A stretch of DNA of 64,000 nt from NCBI GenBank assembly GCA_951406725.2, contig OX597842.1, positions 14,570,001 through 14,634,000 of the forward strand, written 5' to 3'. The notes under the pieces were generated by a model. The model did not search any database, had not been told where the DNA came from, and saw nothing but the letters and a program-made list of their open reading frames with translations. This document shows positions 40,849-53,971 of the stretch, one piece after another (the stretch's first letter is position 1; every line of letters begins with the position of its first letter). A program made the position numbers and the translations under genes. The DNA is from Octopus vulgaris. Taxonomy: Eukaryota.

Positions 40849-40930
40849 CTTTCCTGATGAGAAGACGGCATAATGCACCTTTATTCCTTCAGGATTAAGA
40901 ATTTGCAGTCTTCGAAACATATGTTGAAGG
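40849..40930 (+). ncRNA. Type I hammerhead ribozyme motif with canonical core and palindromic stem III
   Basis: ctttc-CTGATGA-gaagacggca..tgcagtcttc-GAAA-catatg-T-T-gaagg; stems I and II pair; ACATATGT is palindromic. Confidence 0.75.
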
Positions 40931-40977
40931 TAAAGGAATTTTGTTAAAGTCTTCGTTCGACTCCATTCTTTCATTTA

Positions 40978-41021
<44 letters not shown>

Positions 41022-41024
<3 letters not shown>

Positions 41025-41503
41025 TATTATAAAAGGCAGATTCTATCTGCCTCCCTTTGGGAGTTATACAAATCTACAATATAGGATTTCTTCAATTACA
41101 ATTTACCTTGCATTTTTAACAGTACAATGCATCGCGTCATGCCAGGTCCAGTTTTTAAAATTTAAACTCCAATTAAGCAAAATTTACAGAAAACTCACAT
41201 TTTGGTGTGTGTGTCAAATGCTTTTCTTAGTCTGGTTTACAGCACACGCAAACGCACACACACAGTGGGCAACGAATAAAATGAAAGTAATTGACTTACT
41301 GTAGTGAGTGATTCTTTCACTCTGCCTCCCACTTCCTCTTTCAACACATAGACACGCAAATATATAAATAAAATTGTAAGCTAACGTGCGTGTGTGTGAG
41401 TGGGTGTGTGTGGGTGTGCGTGTGTGTGTGTGTGTGTGTGCGTGTGCGTGAGTGTGTGACAGGAAAGTTTTTTACGACGAATATAACACCTATATCCAAG
41501 TAG
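41022..41503 (+). mobile_element. Probable non-autonomous Helitron/Helentron-like element
   Basis: Starts tcttattataaaaggcagattctatctgcc (TC start, short hairpin) inside (TA)n; 3' end less clear. Confidence 0.45.
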
Positions 41504-41508
41504 CAGAA

Positions 41509-41990
41509 AGATAAGACAGTAAGGTGTGATTTGAGGAAGATTTGGCTGCTATTTCTACCATGTCTAGCTGCCATGTAGGGGTCTCCCTCATAGGCTCATA
41601 CATACATATATACATAGATAAGACAGTAAGGTGTGATTTGGGGGAAATTTGGCTGCTATTTCTACCAGGTCTAGCTGCCATGTAGGGGTCTCCCTCATAG
41701 GCTCATACATACATATATACATAGATAAGACAGTAAGGTGTGATTTGGGGGAAATTTGGCTGCTATTTCTACCAGGTCTAGCTGCCATGTAGGGGTCTCC
41801 CTCATAGGCTCATACATACATATATACATAGATAAGACAGTAAGGTGTGATTTGGGGGAAATTTGGCTGCTATTTCTACCACGTCTAGCTACCATGTAGA
41901 GGTCCCCCTCATTGGCTCATATATATATACATACATAAGACAGTAAGGTGTGATTTGAGGGAGATTTGGCTGCTGTTTCTACCAGGTCTG
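41509..41990. repeat. 107-bp tandem repeat, ~4.5 copies
   Basis: Unit agataagacagtaaggtgtgatttgggggaaatttggctgctatttctaccaggtctagctgccatgtaggggtctccctcataggctcatacatacatatatacat; inner copies are identical. Confidence 0.95.
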
Positions 41991-42352
41991 TTAGGCCTTC
42001 TCATGTAAACTCAAGCTTTCTCATGCCTTGAACATAAGACCAAAGCAGAGAATGTATTCTTTTATTCTTCTGCTTTTTCCAGCCATTGGTCTGTGGCCAT
42101 GCTGGGGCAATGCCTTGAAGAATTGTAGTTTAATGAATCAACTCCAGTTTTATTTTTGTAAGCATTGTACTTATTCTATCTGTTTCCTTTGTCAAACCAC
42201 TAGGTGACAGGGATGTAAACAAACCAACATTCGTTGTCAAGCAGTGGTGGAGGACAATCACAAGCACAGACACGCACACACACACATACATGCATACACA
42301 TATACACACATACATACATACATACATATATATATATGTGTGTATATATATA

Positions 42353-42611
42353 TTGCAGCCTGGAAGGTGTTTGTAAGCCATTTAAGAAACACACAAAAAC
42401 CGTTACATTCACTTCAACATTTAAATTTAATTTGCCAAAATATTTTCGTCGCTTTGAGACCGCGACCTGTTCACTGACAAAAATATCGTGCTAACAGGTC
42501 GCGGTCTCAAAGCGACGAAAATATTTTGACAAATTAAATTTAAATGTTGAAGTGAATCTAACGGTTTTTGTGTGTTTCTTAAATGGCTTATAAACACCTT
42601 CAACGCTGCAA
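42353..42611. repeat. Long inverted repeat: 119-bp arms, 21-bp spacer, Penelope-like inverted pLTR
   Basis: 42353-42471 is the reverse complement of 42493-42611 with about 5 mismatches. Confidence 0.92.
42431..42481 (-). ncRNA. Minimal type I hammerhead motif, G3:C8 variant
   Basis: Minus strand: tttgtca-GTGAACA-g-gtcgc-ggtctcaaa-gcgac-GAAA-atat-T-T-tggcaaa; 7-bp stem I with one G-U, 5-bp stem II, palindromic AATATT. Confidence 0.65.
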
Positions 42612-42779
42612 CTGTTTTCGTTCCAGCACACGATCTCAGATCAAGTCACTTGCTATGCAAGTACATCTCTGTAACTATATATATATATTTATATATATAT
42701 ATATATATATGTATATTGGTAAAAACAGTAAGATAACAAAAGAAAGAAAGAGACCTCAATATTATGTAAATAGAGGAAA

Positions 42780-43174
42780 TCTTTATATATAAAAGTGAGG
42801 TTGTGTGTCTGTCTCCTACGATTTAGATTCCTAACTACTCCCACATTTTGCGGTGCAGTTTAACCAAAACCGGGTATCTTATAGTCGTGATTCATATCGA
42901 GACCGTCTAGGTATTAGCGCGCGTCTACGATGAGTCTACGATTTAAAAAAAAATTTACCATCAATTTTTCCCATTTTTAATCCATTTTTGACATATATAA
43001 GGGAAGTAACTCTCTAAAATTTATTATTAAATCTCAGAACGTAAAAAGCTACAGTAACACCCCTCCCCCTTTGTGGTTAGCCATATTGAGATGGCTATTA
43101 TACTTTACATCTCTAAAAATGCTTATATAATTATTTCCCTTACAAACCCAAGCAACGCCGGGCGATACTGCTAG
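42780..43174 (+). mobile_element. Non-autonomous Helitron
   Basis: A|TC...cccaagcaacgccggg hairpin...CTAG|T, with no target-site duplication. Confidence 0.8.
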
Positions 43175-43474
43175 TATACATATATATATATAGACAGACA
43201 CACATATAAAGACAAATTGACAGATACAACTGAGTAGGGAAACAAAAATATGAGACACACCCAGGTGATTTTTTATATTGATAACCCTGGTACTTATTCT
43301 ATTGGTTTGTTCTTGTGAAACCAGTAAGTTATGGGGATGTAAATAAATGAACACCAGTTGTGAAGTAGTGATTAGGGCGAAACACAGAGACAAAGGCACG
43401 CACATACACTTACATATATACATACATATATCTACGAATGATTTGTTTCAGTTCCTGTTTAGGAAATCCATATA

Positions 43475-43515
<41 letters not shown>

Positions 43516-44084
43516 GAACAAAGATAAATTGATAGATACAACTGAGTGGGAAAACAAAAATATGAGACAGTGCCTAGTGCTTTGTTTGATTTTCATAAGC
43601 CTGGTACTTATTCTCTCAGTTTCTTCTTGTGAAACCAGTAAGTAATGGGGATGTAAATAAACGAACACCAGTTGTGGAGCAGTGATGAGGGAGAAACACA
43701 AAGACACACACATGCACTTACATATATATATATACATATATATACAATTGATTTCTTTCAGTTTCTGCTCACAAAATCCACTGACAAGGGTTTGGTTAGT
43801 CTGAGGCTATAGCAGAAGACGCATGCCAAGTAATCATACAGTGGGACTGGACTGAGGACCATGTGTTTTGGAACCAAGTTTGTTACCATACTGCCAAACC
43901 TGCACCTATGAATGTGTGTGTAGGTGTTTGTGTGTTTGTGTGTGTAGGTGTGTGTATGTATATGTGTATGGATGTATATATGTGTATATATATATGTGTA
44001 CATATTACATGTACATCTATATATATACATCTATACATACAATTATACGTATACATATATATCTATAGAAATACATCTATACAT

Positions 44085-44169
<85 letters not shown>

Positions 44170-44216
44170 TATACATCTATATGTATACATATATATATAT
44201 ATATATATATATGTAC

Positions 44217-44249
<33 letters not shown>

Positions 44250-44252
<3 letters not shown>

Positions 44253-44450
44253 TCTCTTTTACTCTTTTACTTGTTTCAGTTATTTGACTGCGGCCATGCT
44301 GGGGCACCGCCTTTAGTCGAGCAAATCGACCCCGGGACTTATTCATTGTAAGCCCAGTACTTATTCTATCGGTGTCTTTTGCCGAACCGCTAATTGACGG
44401 GGACGTAAACACACCAGCATCGGTTGTCAAGCAATGCTAGGGGTACAAAC
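44250..44450 (-). mobile_element. SINE (related decayed copies at ~42060-42270, 43270-43390 and 43590-43890)
   Basis: gactgcggccatgctggggcacc..tcgaccccgggacttattc..gtacttattctatcggt..gccgaaccgctaa..gtaaacacacca. Confidence 0.7.
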
Positions 44451-44844
44451 ACACACATATACATATATATACATATATACGACAGGCTTCTTGCAAAGTG
44501 GATGGCTACTGTTAATGGTTCATCCCTCTTATATAATAGTTTGATTTAATAGTTTCGGCATTAAAGTGAAAGCTTCTGACATTGCAATAGAGAGATGTTT
44601 TTGTTTCACTTTTAACACGTAATACTGAAATAGTGGAGAAGATATGATATTGCAGTGGCCTCACCCTGAGCATGAAGTAAAGATTGTTTGGCCCATGACA
44701 CTACATGGATCCTAAGTAAGGCATGTGTAAAATTCGAATGAAATCGGTTGTGTAGTTCTCACGTTTTAGGGATTCACATTGACAGACATATAGACAGACA
44801 AACGTACATTCTCAGTTTTATATATATAGATACCTGTGTAAATG

Positions 44845-44898
<54 letters not shown>

Positions 44899-44911
44899 AG
44901 TCTGTGAATAA

Positions 44912-44961
<50 letters not shown>

Positions 44962-44967
<6 letters not shown>

Positions 44968-46088
44968 AAAGAGGGTTTTTGCAACAAGTTGCTAGATAAC
45001 ATACCCAAAGTATTAGAAATAGCAGCCAGAGGACTGTTATTTCTTTTACTACAAAATTATGTCTCCACAGACAACAGTATTTGTAACTCATTATGTGGCA
45101 AAAAAAAAGAAGAAAATTGTGAAATCAAACAGTCCACGGTCAATTATGGATGTCCGTTTCTGGATTAGAATCAAAGATTCATTTCCTTTGTCAACGTAAT
45201 TTTCCGGTAAATAAATCTAGAGATGCTAGGAATTCTTACCCTCCATATTTCCGATCAGGCGACATCGAGGCATACAGAAGCTAATCAGCATATCCACATT
45301 TATATAGACAAGTGAATTCGTATTTCCCTCCAGAATATTTTCCCACGTGAGTCACAAAATAATACTGTCGAAAATAAATTCGTAGTTCAGACGTAGGGGA
45401 GTAAAATAATCAATACAGATAAGGGGTGAAATATAATTAATTTAATAAAACCAACAAATTTCACCAAGTAGTATTTCGGTATGGAAAAGGACCATATTCG
45501 GTAAAAGTTTATATAATTATAACAAAGATGGTCTTTGCAACAAGTTGCTAGACCACATACCGAAAGTATTAGAAATGGCAGCCAGAGGACTGTTATATCT
45601 ATTACTACAAATATATGTCTCCACAGACAACAGTATTTGTAACTCATTATGTGGCAAAAAAAGAAGAAAAAAATCAAACAGTCCACGGTCAACTATGGAC
45701 GTACGTTTCTGGATTATGATCAAAGATTCATTTCCCTTATCAACATAATATTCCGGTAAATATATCTAGAAATGCTAGGAAATCTTACCCCCCATATTTC
45801 TGACCAGGCGACAAACTTTTACCGAATATGGTCCTTTTCCATACCGAAATATTACTTGGTGAAATTTGTTGATTTTATTAAATTAACGATATTTCACCCT
45901 TTATCTGTATGAATGCCACTTATATTTGAACACTATACAAATATTCCTTTAAAAAAACTTTTCTTCTAATTTTTCTAAATTTAATTATTTAATCGTTACA
46001 GTTGAAAAGGTCTCAAAATGACCGAAACCGGTACTGAAATGTTCTTTATAAAATAATTTTAGCATTTTCAATTTTGACTTGTTTTTTC

Positions 46089-46090
<2 letters not shown>
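44962..46090. mobile_element. Rearranged repeat, probably Penelope-like: direct repeat 44962-45262 / 45520-45812 and inverted repeat 45413-45510 / 45813-45910, ending near a hammerhead motif
   Basis: Repeats are seen directly; the family is inferred from the direct/inverted architecture plus the hammerhead. Confidence 0.5.
45996..46039 (+). ncRNA. Minimal type I hammerhead motif, U3:A8 variant
   Basis: ttacag-TTGAAAA-ggtc-tcaaaat-gacc-GAAA-ccgg-T-A-ctgaaa; palindromic ACCGGT; short stem I. Confidence 0.6.
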
Positions 46091-46143
<53 letters not shown>

Positions 46144-49100
46144 TATCTACAAATAGGTGGTGCCTATGTGTGTGGTTAAATGTGTATGTGTCTGTTTGTC
46201 TATGTATATGTGTATGCAAGTGTATGGAAATGTACTTGTAAATCGGTCTCTATATCATGTACGGTGTTACCAATGATTAGCCTTTCCCTACCAATTTCTT
46301 TCCCATGTTCCTCTTCCCATGATCCTCTTCTCTTCTTATTCCTTCCTCTTTGTTTTCTTCTTCTCCTCATACTCATTTTCCTTATTTTTCCTCCTTCTGT
46401 TTTACTTTTAATTATACAAACTGTACTCCTACTTCATCTCCTCCTCCTTCTTCTTCATCTCCTCCTCCTCCTTCTTCTTCTTCTTCTTCTTCTTCTTCTT
46501 CTCTCTTCTTCTTCTTCTTCTTCTTCTTCTCCTCATGTATGTAAAAGTTCTCGTTCCTGAATCGTTCATAAAATTTTCTCTTTCTCTTCCGCTGAATTCT
46601 CTGAATTCATTATCTTTAAGTCGAATCTATTTCCTTCTTTAGTCATTTCATTGACGACATTTCTCTCAATCTGTAATATGTGCCCATCGCTCCTTTAAGC
46701 CCCCTCAACCGTCCTTCGAAAGAAGCCTTTTATCGTTTGTGTAATTGAGTATGTGATTGTGGGAGCATTTCTTATATATTGGATATGTGAGTTCACGATC
46801 CAAGATGGAACACATTTATTGCATGCATGTGTATATGCCTGATTACGTTTACAATCTTTCTCTGAACGAACTGTATTATTGTTTGTGAAATCATTGCTAA
46901 TATTCTGGGGGGCCGTTCCTGAGATTTCGGATTTAACAATTTGTGACAATTGTATGGAAACTTATAGTGCAATGTCTGTGTATCTCTATATGTATATATA
47001 TATATATATCTATCTATCTATAACTCTCTCTATATATATATGTGTGCGTATATGTGTGTGTGTTTATGTGTGCATGCGCGTATGTGTGTGCGTTTGTGTG
47101 TGTGTATGTGTGGGTGGGTTTTTATATATAGATATGGCTGTTGTCATTATGTGTGTTTGTGTATATATGTGTCTGTTTTTCTATGGATGTGTGTTTGCAG
47201 TGTATAAAAATGTACTGGTAATTCGGTCTCTACATCATGAACCGTATTTATTTTTCCATCACCAATGATTAACATCTTAGATTTCCTGTCTTTCTACTTC
47301 GTCTTTATCATCCCCCTGCTCCACTTCATCCTCCTCTTCGTTTCATCTTTTTTCTTTTTTTTCTTCTCCACCTTCCCCTTCTTCTTCCTTTCCTCCTTTT
47401 TTTTCCTTTTACTTATACATCTTCTTCTTGTCTTCTTCTTTTCCTAATTCTTGGTCGTCTCCTTAAACCCTTCTTTCCCCTTTTCCTTTTCTTTCTTTAC
47501 TTCATCTGTTTTACTCTCCTTTTCATCTTTTCCTATTCCGCTTTCATCTCCAACATCATCCACTTCTATTCTTCTTGCTCTTCTTCTTTCTTCTTCTTCA
47601 TCCTATTCTCCTCCTCTTCCTCCTTATTCTTCTTCTTACTTTTCCTCTTTTTCTTCTACTTCGTCTTCTTCTCCTTCAAACCTTCTTTCACATCTTCTTG
47701 TTCTTTCTCTACTTCATCTGTTTTATTCTCATTACCATCGTCTTCATCATCATCGCCTTTTCTTCTTGTTCTGCTTTTCCTGCTCCCTTCTATCTTCTTC
47801 TTCACCATCACCTTTTCCTCACCTTCCTCTTCACCCCCTCGTCTCCTTCTTCTCCTTCTTTCTTTATTTCTCGTGTGTGTAAAAATATCCTCTTTCTCCA
47901 TCATCAGCTGAAGTCTCTTATTCCCCCAAACTCTGTATTTAATTCACCTCCATTGCCACCGTGATAACTATGGACGTCTTCCTCTCTGTCCTCATCAGAC
48001 TCATTATTCTCATCTTCATTGTTACATTTCTCACTCATAAACATCGTCAAGTTCATCGTCGCCATCTTCATCATCGAGATCATTTATTACCAAATAGCAC
48101 CACGATAGAGATACAATATCTTGAAATCCATTCTGATCATGGACGACAAATACATTTCCATCATCGTCATCATCCTCAATATCATATTCACATTCACCAT
48201 TGAAATGCTAATCCTCAATCATTATCATAACAATCAGCATTAACAACATCACTCTCGTCATCATCATCATAATCTCTTCGTTATGGATAGTACCACCATT
48301 TATTTTCACCTTTGCCTTATTAACATATTCATTACTATCAATATCACAACTACTACCATCTCACTATTTACATTATTTACATTTTCTCTATCCTCCTCCG
48401 CCCCTTCTTCTTCTTCTTCTTCTTCTTCTTCTTCTTCTTCTTCTTCTTCTTCTGCTTCTTCTCCTTCTTCTTCTTTTTCTTCTTCTCCTTCTTCTCCTTT
48501 ATGTAAAAATTCTCTTTCATGGCTTCTTCATATCACTTTCTCTTTCTCTATCATCCGCTGAATTCTCTATTCCTCTAAAACCTCTTATATTTAAATCTTC
48601 TTTAATATTTCATTACCTTATCTTTCTAAATTTGTAATATGTGCCTATCCTTCATTTTAACCTCCCTTGTCTATACATCCAAAGTTCAGTTTTATGTTTT
48701 GTAAATGTGAGAGTGTGAGTGTGGGTCCCTTTCTAAAAATATGGGATATGTTAATGCACGATACAAGTCGAAACCCATTGAGTGCATGCGCGTGTATTTC
48801 TGTGTATGTTTACAATATTTCTCTATCCGAACTCTGTTATTGTTTGTGAATCACTGCGAATGTTGCGGGGAGAAATTCGTGAGATTTCTGATATAACAGT
48901 TTGAGACAATTGAAGAGAAAATGTGGTGCAAATAATTATGTCCGTGTGTGTGTGTGTGCGATGGTGTCTCTGTGCGTGTTTGTATCAGTTGGTGCATGGA
49001 TGCGTGTATGCGAGTGTAGCAAAATGTATCTGTAATTCGGTTTCTATATCATGTACGGTATTTATTCCTCCCTAAACACTGATTAACGTCTTTGACTTCT

Positions 49101-49632
49101 TTTTTCTTCTTATTCGTCATATTCTTCCTCTTATTCTTTCTTTCATTTCCTACCCTATGTCCTTCTGCGTATCTTAATTTATGTCTAACCACTTCCCCTT
49201 CATAATTCTTTTTTTCTCCTGCTTTGGTTGTGTGTGTATGTGTCTGTTTGTGTATTGCTTAACATTCTAGACTTCTATTTCTGCTTCTTCTTCTTCATCG
49301 TCCCCATCCTCCTTCTTCATCCTTCTTCTCGCTCCTCCTCATCTTATTCTTTTTTCTTCTTCTTTGCTTCTTCTCCTCCTCCTACTCCTACTTATACTTC
49401 TACTTATACTTGTTGTCGTTGTTGTTCTGCTCATTCTTCCTTGTCTTTTTACTCGTCTACATTTTTCCTTCTGATTCTTCATATCCTTCCTTTCTCTTAT
49501 TCTTCGATTTCATTTTCTTCACACTCTCCTCTGCATCTATCAATTTATCTCTCCCCGCTTCCCCTTCCTCATTGTTCTTTTTATCCGGCTTTTACTTTTC
49601 TTGCCTCTTCTACTCATTGCCGTTGTTGTAGC

Positions 49633-49681
<49 letters not shown>

Positions 49682-50250
49682 CTTGTTCTTCTTCATCTTC
49701 TTGTTCTCCTCCCCCTCCTCCCCCTCCTCCTCCTTCTTCTTCTTCTGCTGCTTCTGCTCCTGCTGCTTCTTCTTCTTCCCTTTCCTTTTGTTGTCATCGT
49801 CTTCTTTCGCCTCTTTTTCCTTTCGCAATTTATTTTGTTTTCCTTCTGCTCTTCTTTTTCTGTCTCTCCTTCTTCTTTGTCATCTTCTTCTTGTTGCTGC
49901 TTTTCTTCTTCATCTTTTACTTCTGCTACTCCTTCGTTTCGTCTAGTTCTTATTTTTCTACTCCTCCTCCTTCAACTCTTCATTCTCTCCTTTCTTTTTG
50001 TTCTTCCTCTACTACATCTCCTCTACTTTCCTTCTTTTTCCTCTTCTATTCCTTCTTTTTCTGTTATTTTCCGTCTTCTTCTGTTCTCTTCCTTCCTCCC
50101 CTCCTCTTCATATTCTTCCTTCTCGCCGTCCCTCTCATCATCATCTCCATTTAAATTTCTTAATTATATCTAATTTTTTCGCCATAATATTTAACATTTT
50201 GTCACTAATCTTTTCTATATGTTTGTTATGAACTCCGTTTTATGTTACAG

Positions 50251-50322
50251 GAATTTGAATGACAATAATATCACGTATATTCAACGCGGTACCTTCGAAA
50301 ACCTTCCGAATTTAGAAGAACT
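50251..50322 (+). CDS. LRR exon D1: NLNDNNITYIQRGTFENLPNLEE(L)
   Basis: 72 nt, gttacag| ... ct|gtgagt, phase 2-2. Confidence 0.92.
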
Positions 50323-50696
50323 GTGAGTTGTGTCGCTTTTGTTCGTACCATCTATTTCCCCATATATCTACATTGTTAATATCTTCTCCAACTTTGTTTT
50401 TTTCTCTCTCTCTTTCAAGAGTGTATCTATCTAACACCCGTTCACTCTCTCCATAGTTTTCTCTGAGTGTATGTGTGAATGCGTGTTTGTGAAAGTGTAG
50501 GTGTGTGGATGAATGAGCTTCTTTTTTACTTACTTCTTATGCATAGGTAATCATGTTCTTGTTTATAAACATCCGTTTACCTAATATTTAAATTCTCATT
50601 ATTCAACTATATTCCATCATTTTTTCTCGTTGTTTACTTTTTTATTCTAGTTTTCTAAGTTTATCTTTTAATCTTCATATGTTTTTGTGTATGGAT

Positions 50697-51450
50697 GTAC
50701 AGATACCGAGTATATCAGAAAAAAGTGTCCAAATTTTAGATACAAATTCGAAACGTTGTGTCTCAGTATTACTTAAAGGTAACAGAAGTATCAGCGGCTT
50801 TTCTTACACAAATGGGCCATATTTTGAGCAAGACGAAATGTGAGTTCCTCTCCAAGCTCTCATGAATAATCATGAATGAATTGGCGAAGATGAAATTCTA
50901 TGTTTTAACATAGCTCAGGATTGGGAGCTCATGAAATACTGGAATAAAGTCCAAACGGAAGGTTTTAAAGTGATATTTGAAAGATTGAGTAAGAATTCTG
51001 GCCAAACCCTTGGATTTTAGGCATCATGAGTTACTCCTTGTTTGACAAAGACTTTATCAACCCTTTTCCTGCCTTACCACAAAATTTCTTATGGAAGTTC
51101 TCATCAATGTCCTATTCACACGACCTAAGAATGGATGTTTCGAGGGCTTTCAGATAGGTGTGGGGCTACTCACAAACATTTTTATGATCAGTTCATGCCA
51201 GATGCTGACGTCTAAAGTGCTCAAACCAGGGGATGAATGAGGCCAAGTGTCCTTATCCTAAAACCTTTTCGCAAACTCATCCATGGGAAACACTTGTCTC
51301 ACTACACTTGTGTCACAAGGAACATCATCTTACCATCAGAGATCATGCATTTGAAAAGTATCACTTAGTCAGGTTTTTGCCCCTAAAATGACATTATTAC
51401 TTTCTCGTGAGCTGAAGCGAGAACTCAGCTGTCGCGTCAGTTTGTGCGCA
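50697..51450 (-). mobile_element. Tc1/mariner transposase C-terminal relic, repeated in each D unit (~52835, 54990, 57183)
   Basis: Minus strand gives W*DDVPCDT (QDGAPAHT-like) and TWPHSSPGLSTLDVSIW (WPPSSPDLNPLD..IW-like). Confidence 0.7.
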
Positions 51451-51785
51451 TATCGAGGGTGAATATCCTTCTTCTCGCTCCTCCTCATCTTATTATTTTC
51501 TTCTTCTTCTTCTTTGCTTCTTCTTCTCCTCCTACCTCTACTTATACTTCTACTTGTAGTTGTTGTCGTTGTTGTTGTTGTTCTTCTTCTTCCTTGTCTT
51601 TTTACTCGTCTACATTTTTCCTTCTGATTCTTCATATCCTTCCTTTCTCTTATTCTTCAATTTCATTTTCTTCACACTCTCCTCTGCATCTATCAATTTA
51701 TCTCTCCCCGCTTCCTCTTCCTCATTGTTCTTTTTATCCGGCTTTTACTTTTCTTGCCTCTTCTACTCATTGCCGTTGTTGTAGC

Positions 51786-51819
<34 letters not shown>

Positions 51820-52388
51820 CTTGTTCTTCTTCATCTTCTTGTTCTCCTCCCCCTCCTCCCCCTCCTCCTCCTTCTTCTTCTTCTGCTGCTTCTGCTCCTG
51901 CTGCTTCTTCTTCTTCCCTTTCCTTTTGTTGTCATCGTCTTCTTTCGCCTCTTTTTCCTTTCGCAATTTATTTTGTTTTCCTTCTGCTCTTCTTTTTCTG
52001 TCTCTCCTTCTTCTTTGTCATCTTCTTCTTGTTGCTGCTTTTCTTCTTCATCTTTTACTTCTGCTACTCCTTCGTTTCGTCTAGTTCTTATTTTTCTACT
52101 CCTCCTCCTTCAACTCTTCATTCTCTCCTTTCTTTTTGTTCTTCCTCTACTACATCTCCTCTACTTTCCTTCTTTTTCCTCTTCTATTCCTTCTTTTTCT
52201 GTTATTTTCCGTCTTCTTCTGTTCTCTTCCTTCCTCCCCTCCTCTTCATATTCTTCCTTCTCGCCGTCCTCTCATCATCATCTCCATTTAAATTTCTTAA
52301 TTATATCTAATTTTTTTCGCCATAATATTTAACATTTTGTCACTAATCTTTTCTATATGTTTGTTATGAACTCCGTTTTATGTTACAG

Positions 52389-52460
52389 GAATTTGAATGA
52401 CAATAATATCACGTATATTCAACGCGGTACCTTCGAAAACCTTCCGAATTTAGAAGAACT
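52389..52460 (+). CDS. LRR exon D2 (identical to D1)
   Basis: 72 nt with the same splice sites. Confidence 0.85.
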
Positions 52461-53922
52461 GTGAGTTGTGTCGCTTTTGTTCGTACCATCTATTTCCCCA
52501 TATATCTACATTGTTAATATCTTCTCCAACTTTGTTTTTTTCTCTCTCTCTTTCAAGAGTGTATCTATCTAACACCCGTTCACTCTCTCCATAGTTTTCT
52601 CTGAGTGTATGTGTGAATGCGTGTTTGTGAAAGTGTAGGTGTGTGGATGAATGAGCTTCTTTTTTACTTACTTCTTATGCATAGGTAATCATGTTCTTGT
52701 TTATAAACATCCGTTTACCTAATATTTAAATTCTCATTATTCAACTATATTCCATCATTTTTTCTCGTTGTTTACTTTTTTATTCTAGTTTTCTAAGTTT
52801 ATCTTTTAATCTTCATATGTTTTTGTGTATGGATGTACAGATACCGAGTATATCAGAAAAAAGTGTCCAAATTTTAGATACAAATTCGAAACGTTGTGTC
52901 TCAGTATTACTTAAAGGTAACAGAAGTATCAGCGGCTTTTCTTACACAAATGGGCCATATTTTGAGCAAGACGAAATGTGAGTTCCTCTCCAAGCTCTCA
53001 TGAATAATCATGAATGAATTGGCGAAGATGAAATTCTATGTTTTAACATAGCTCAGGATTGGGAGCTCATGAAATACTGGAATAAAGTCCAAACGGAAGG
53101 TTTTAAAGTGATATTTGAAAGATTGAGTAAGAATTCTGGCCAAACCCTTGGATTTTAGGCATCATGAGTTACTCCTTGTTTGACAAAGACTTTATCAACC
53201 CTTTTCCTGCCTTACCACAAAATTTCTATGGAAGTTCTCATCAATGTCCTATTCACACGACCTAAGAATGGATGTTTCGAGGGCTTTCAGATAGGTGTGG
53301 GGCTACTCACAAACATTTTTATGATCAGTTCATGCCAGATGCTGACGTCTAAAGTGCTCAAACCAGGGGATGAATGAGGCCAAGTGTCCTTATCCTAAAA
53401 CCTTTTCGCAAACTCATCCATGGGAAACACTTGTCTCACTACACTTGTGTCACAAGGAACATCATCTTACCATCAGAGATCATGCATTTGAAAAGTATCA
53501 CTTAGTCAGGTTTTTGCCCCTAAAATGACATTATTACTTTCTCGTGAGCTGAAGCGAGAACTCAGCTGTCGCGTCAGTTTGTGCGCATATCGAGGGTGAA
53601 TATCCTTCTTCTCGCTCCTCCTCATCTTATTATTTTCTTCTTCTTCTTCTTTGCTTCTTCTTCTCCTCCTACCTCTACTTATACTTCTACTTGTAGTTGT
53701 TGTCGTTGTTGTTGTTGTTCTTCTTCTTCCTTGTCTTTTTACTCGTCTACATTTTTCCTTCTGATTCTTCATATCCTTCCTTTCTCTTATTCTTCAATTT
53801 CATTTTCTTCACACTCTCCTCTGCATCTATCAATTTATCTCTCCCCGCTTCCTCTTCCTCATTGTTCTTTTTATCCGGCTTTTACTTTTCTTGCCTCTTC
53901 TACTCATTGCCGTTGTTGTAGC

Positions 53923-53971
<49 letters not shown>

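Noticed and set aside
41509-41990. CRISPR-like regular repeat
   Set aside because: No unique spacers, no cas genes, eukaryotic context.
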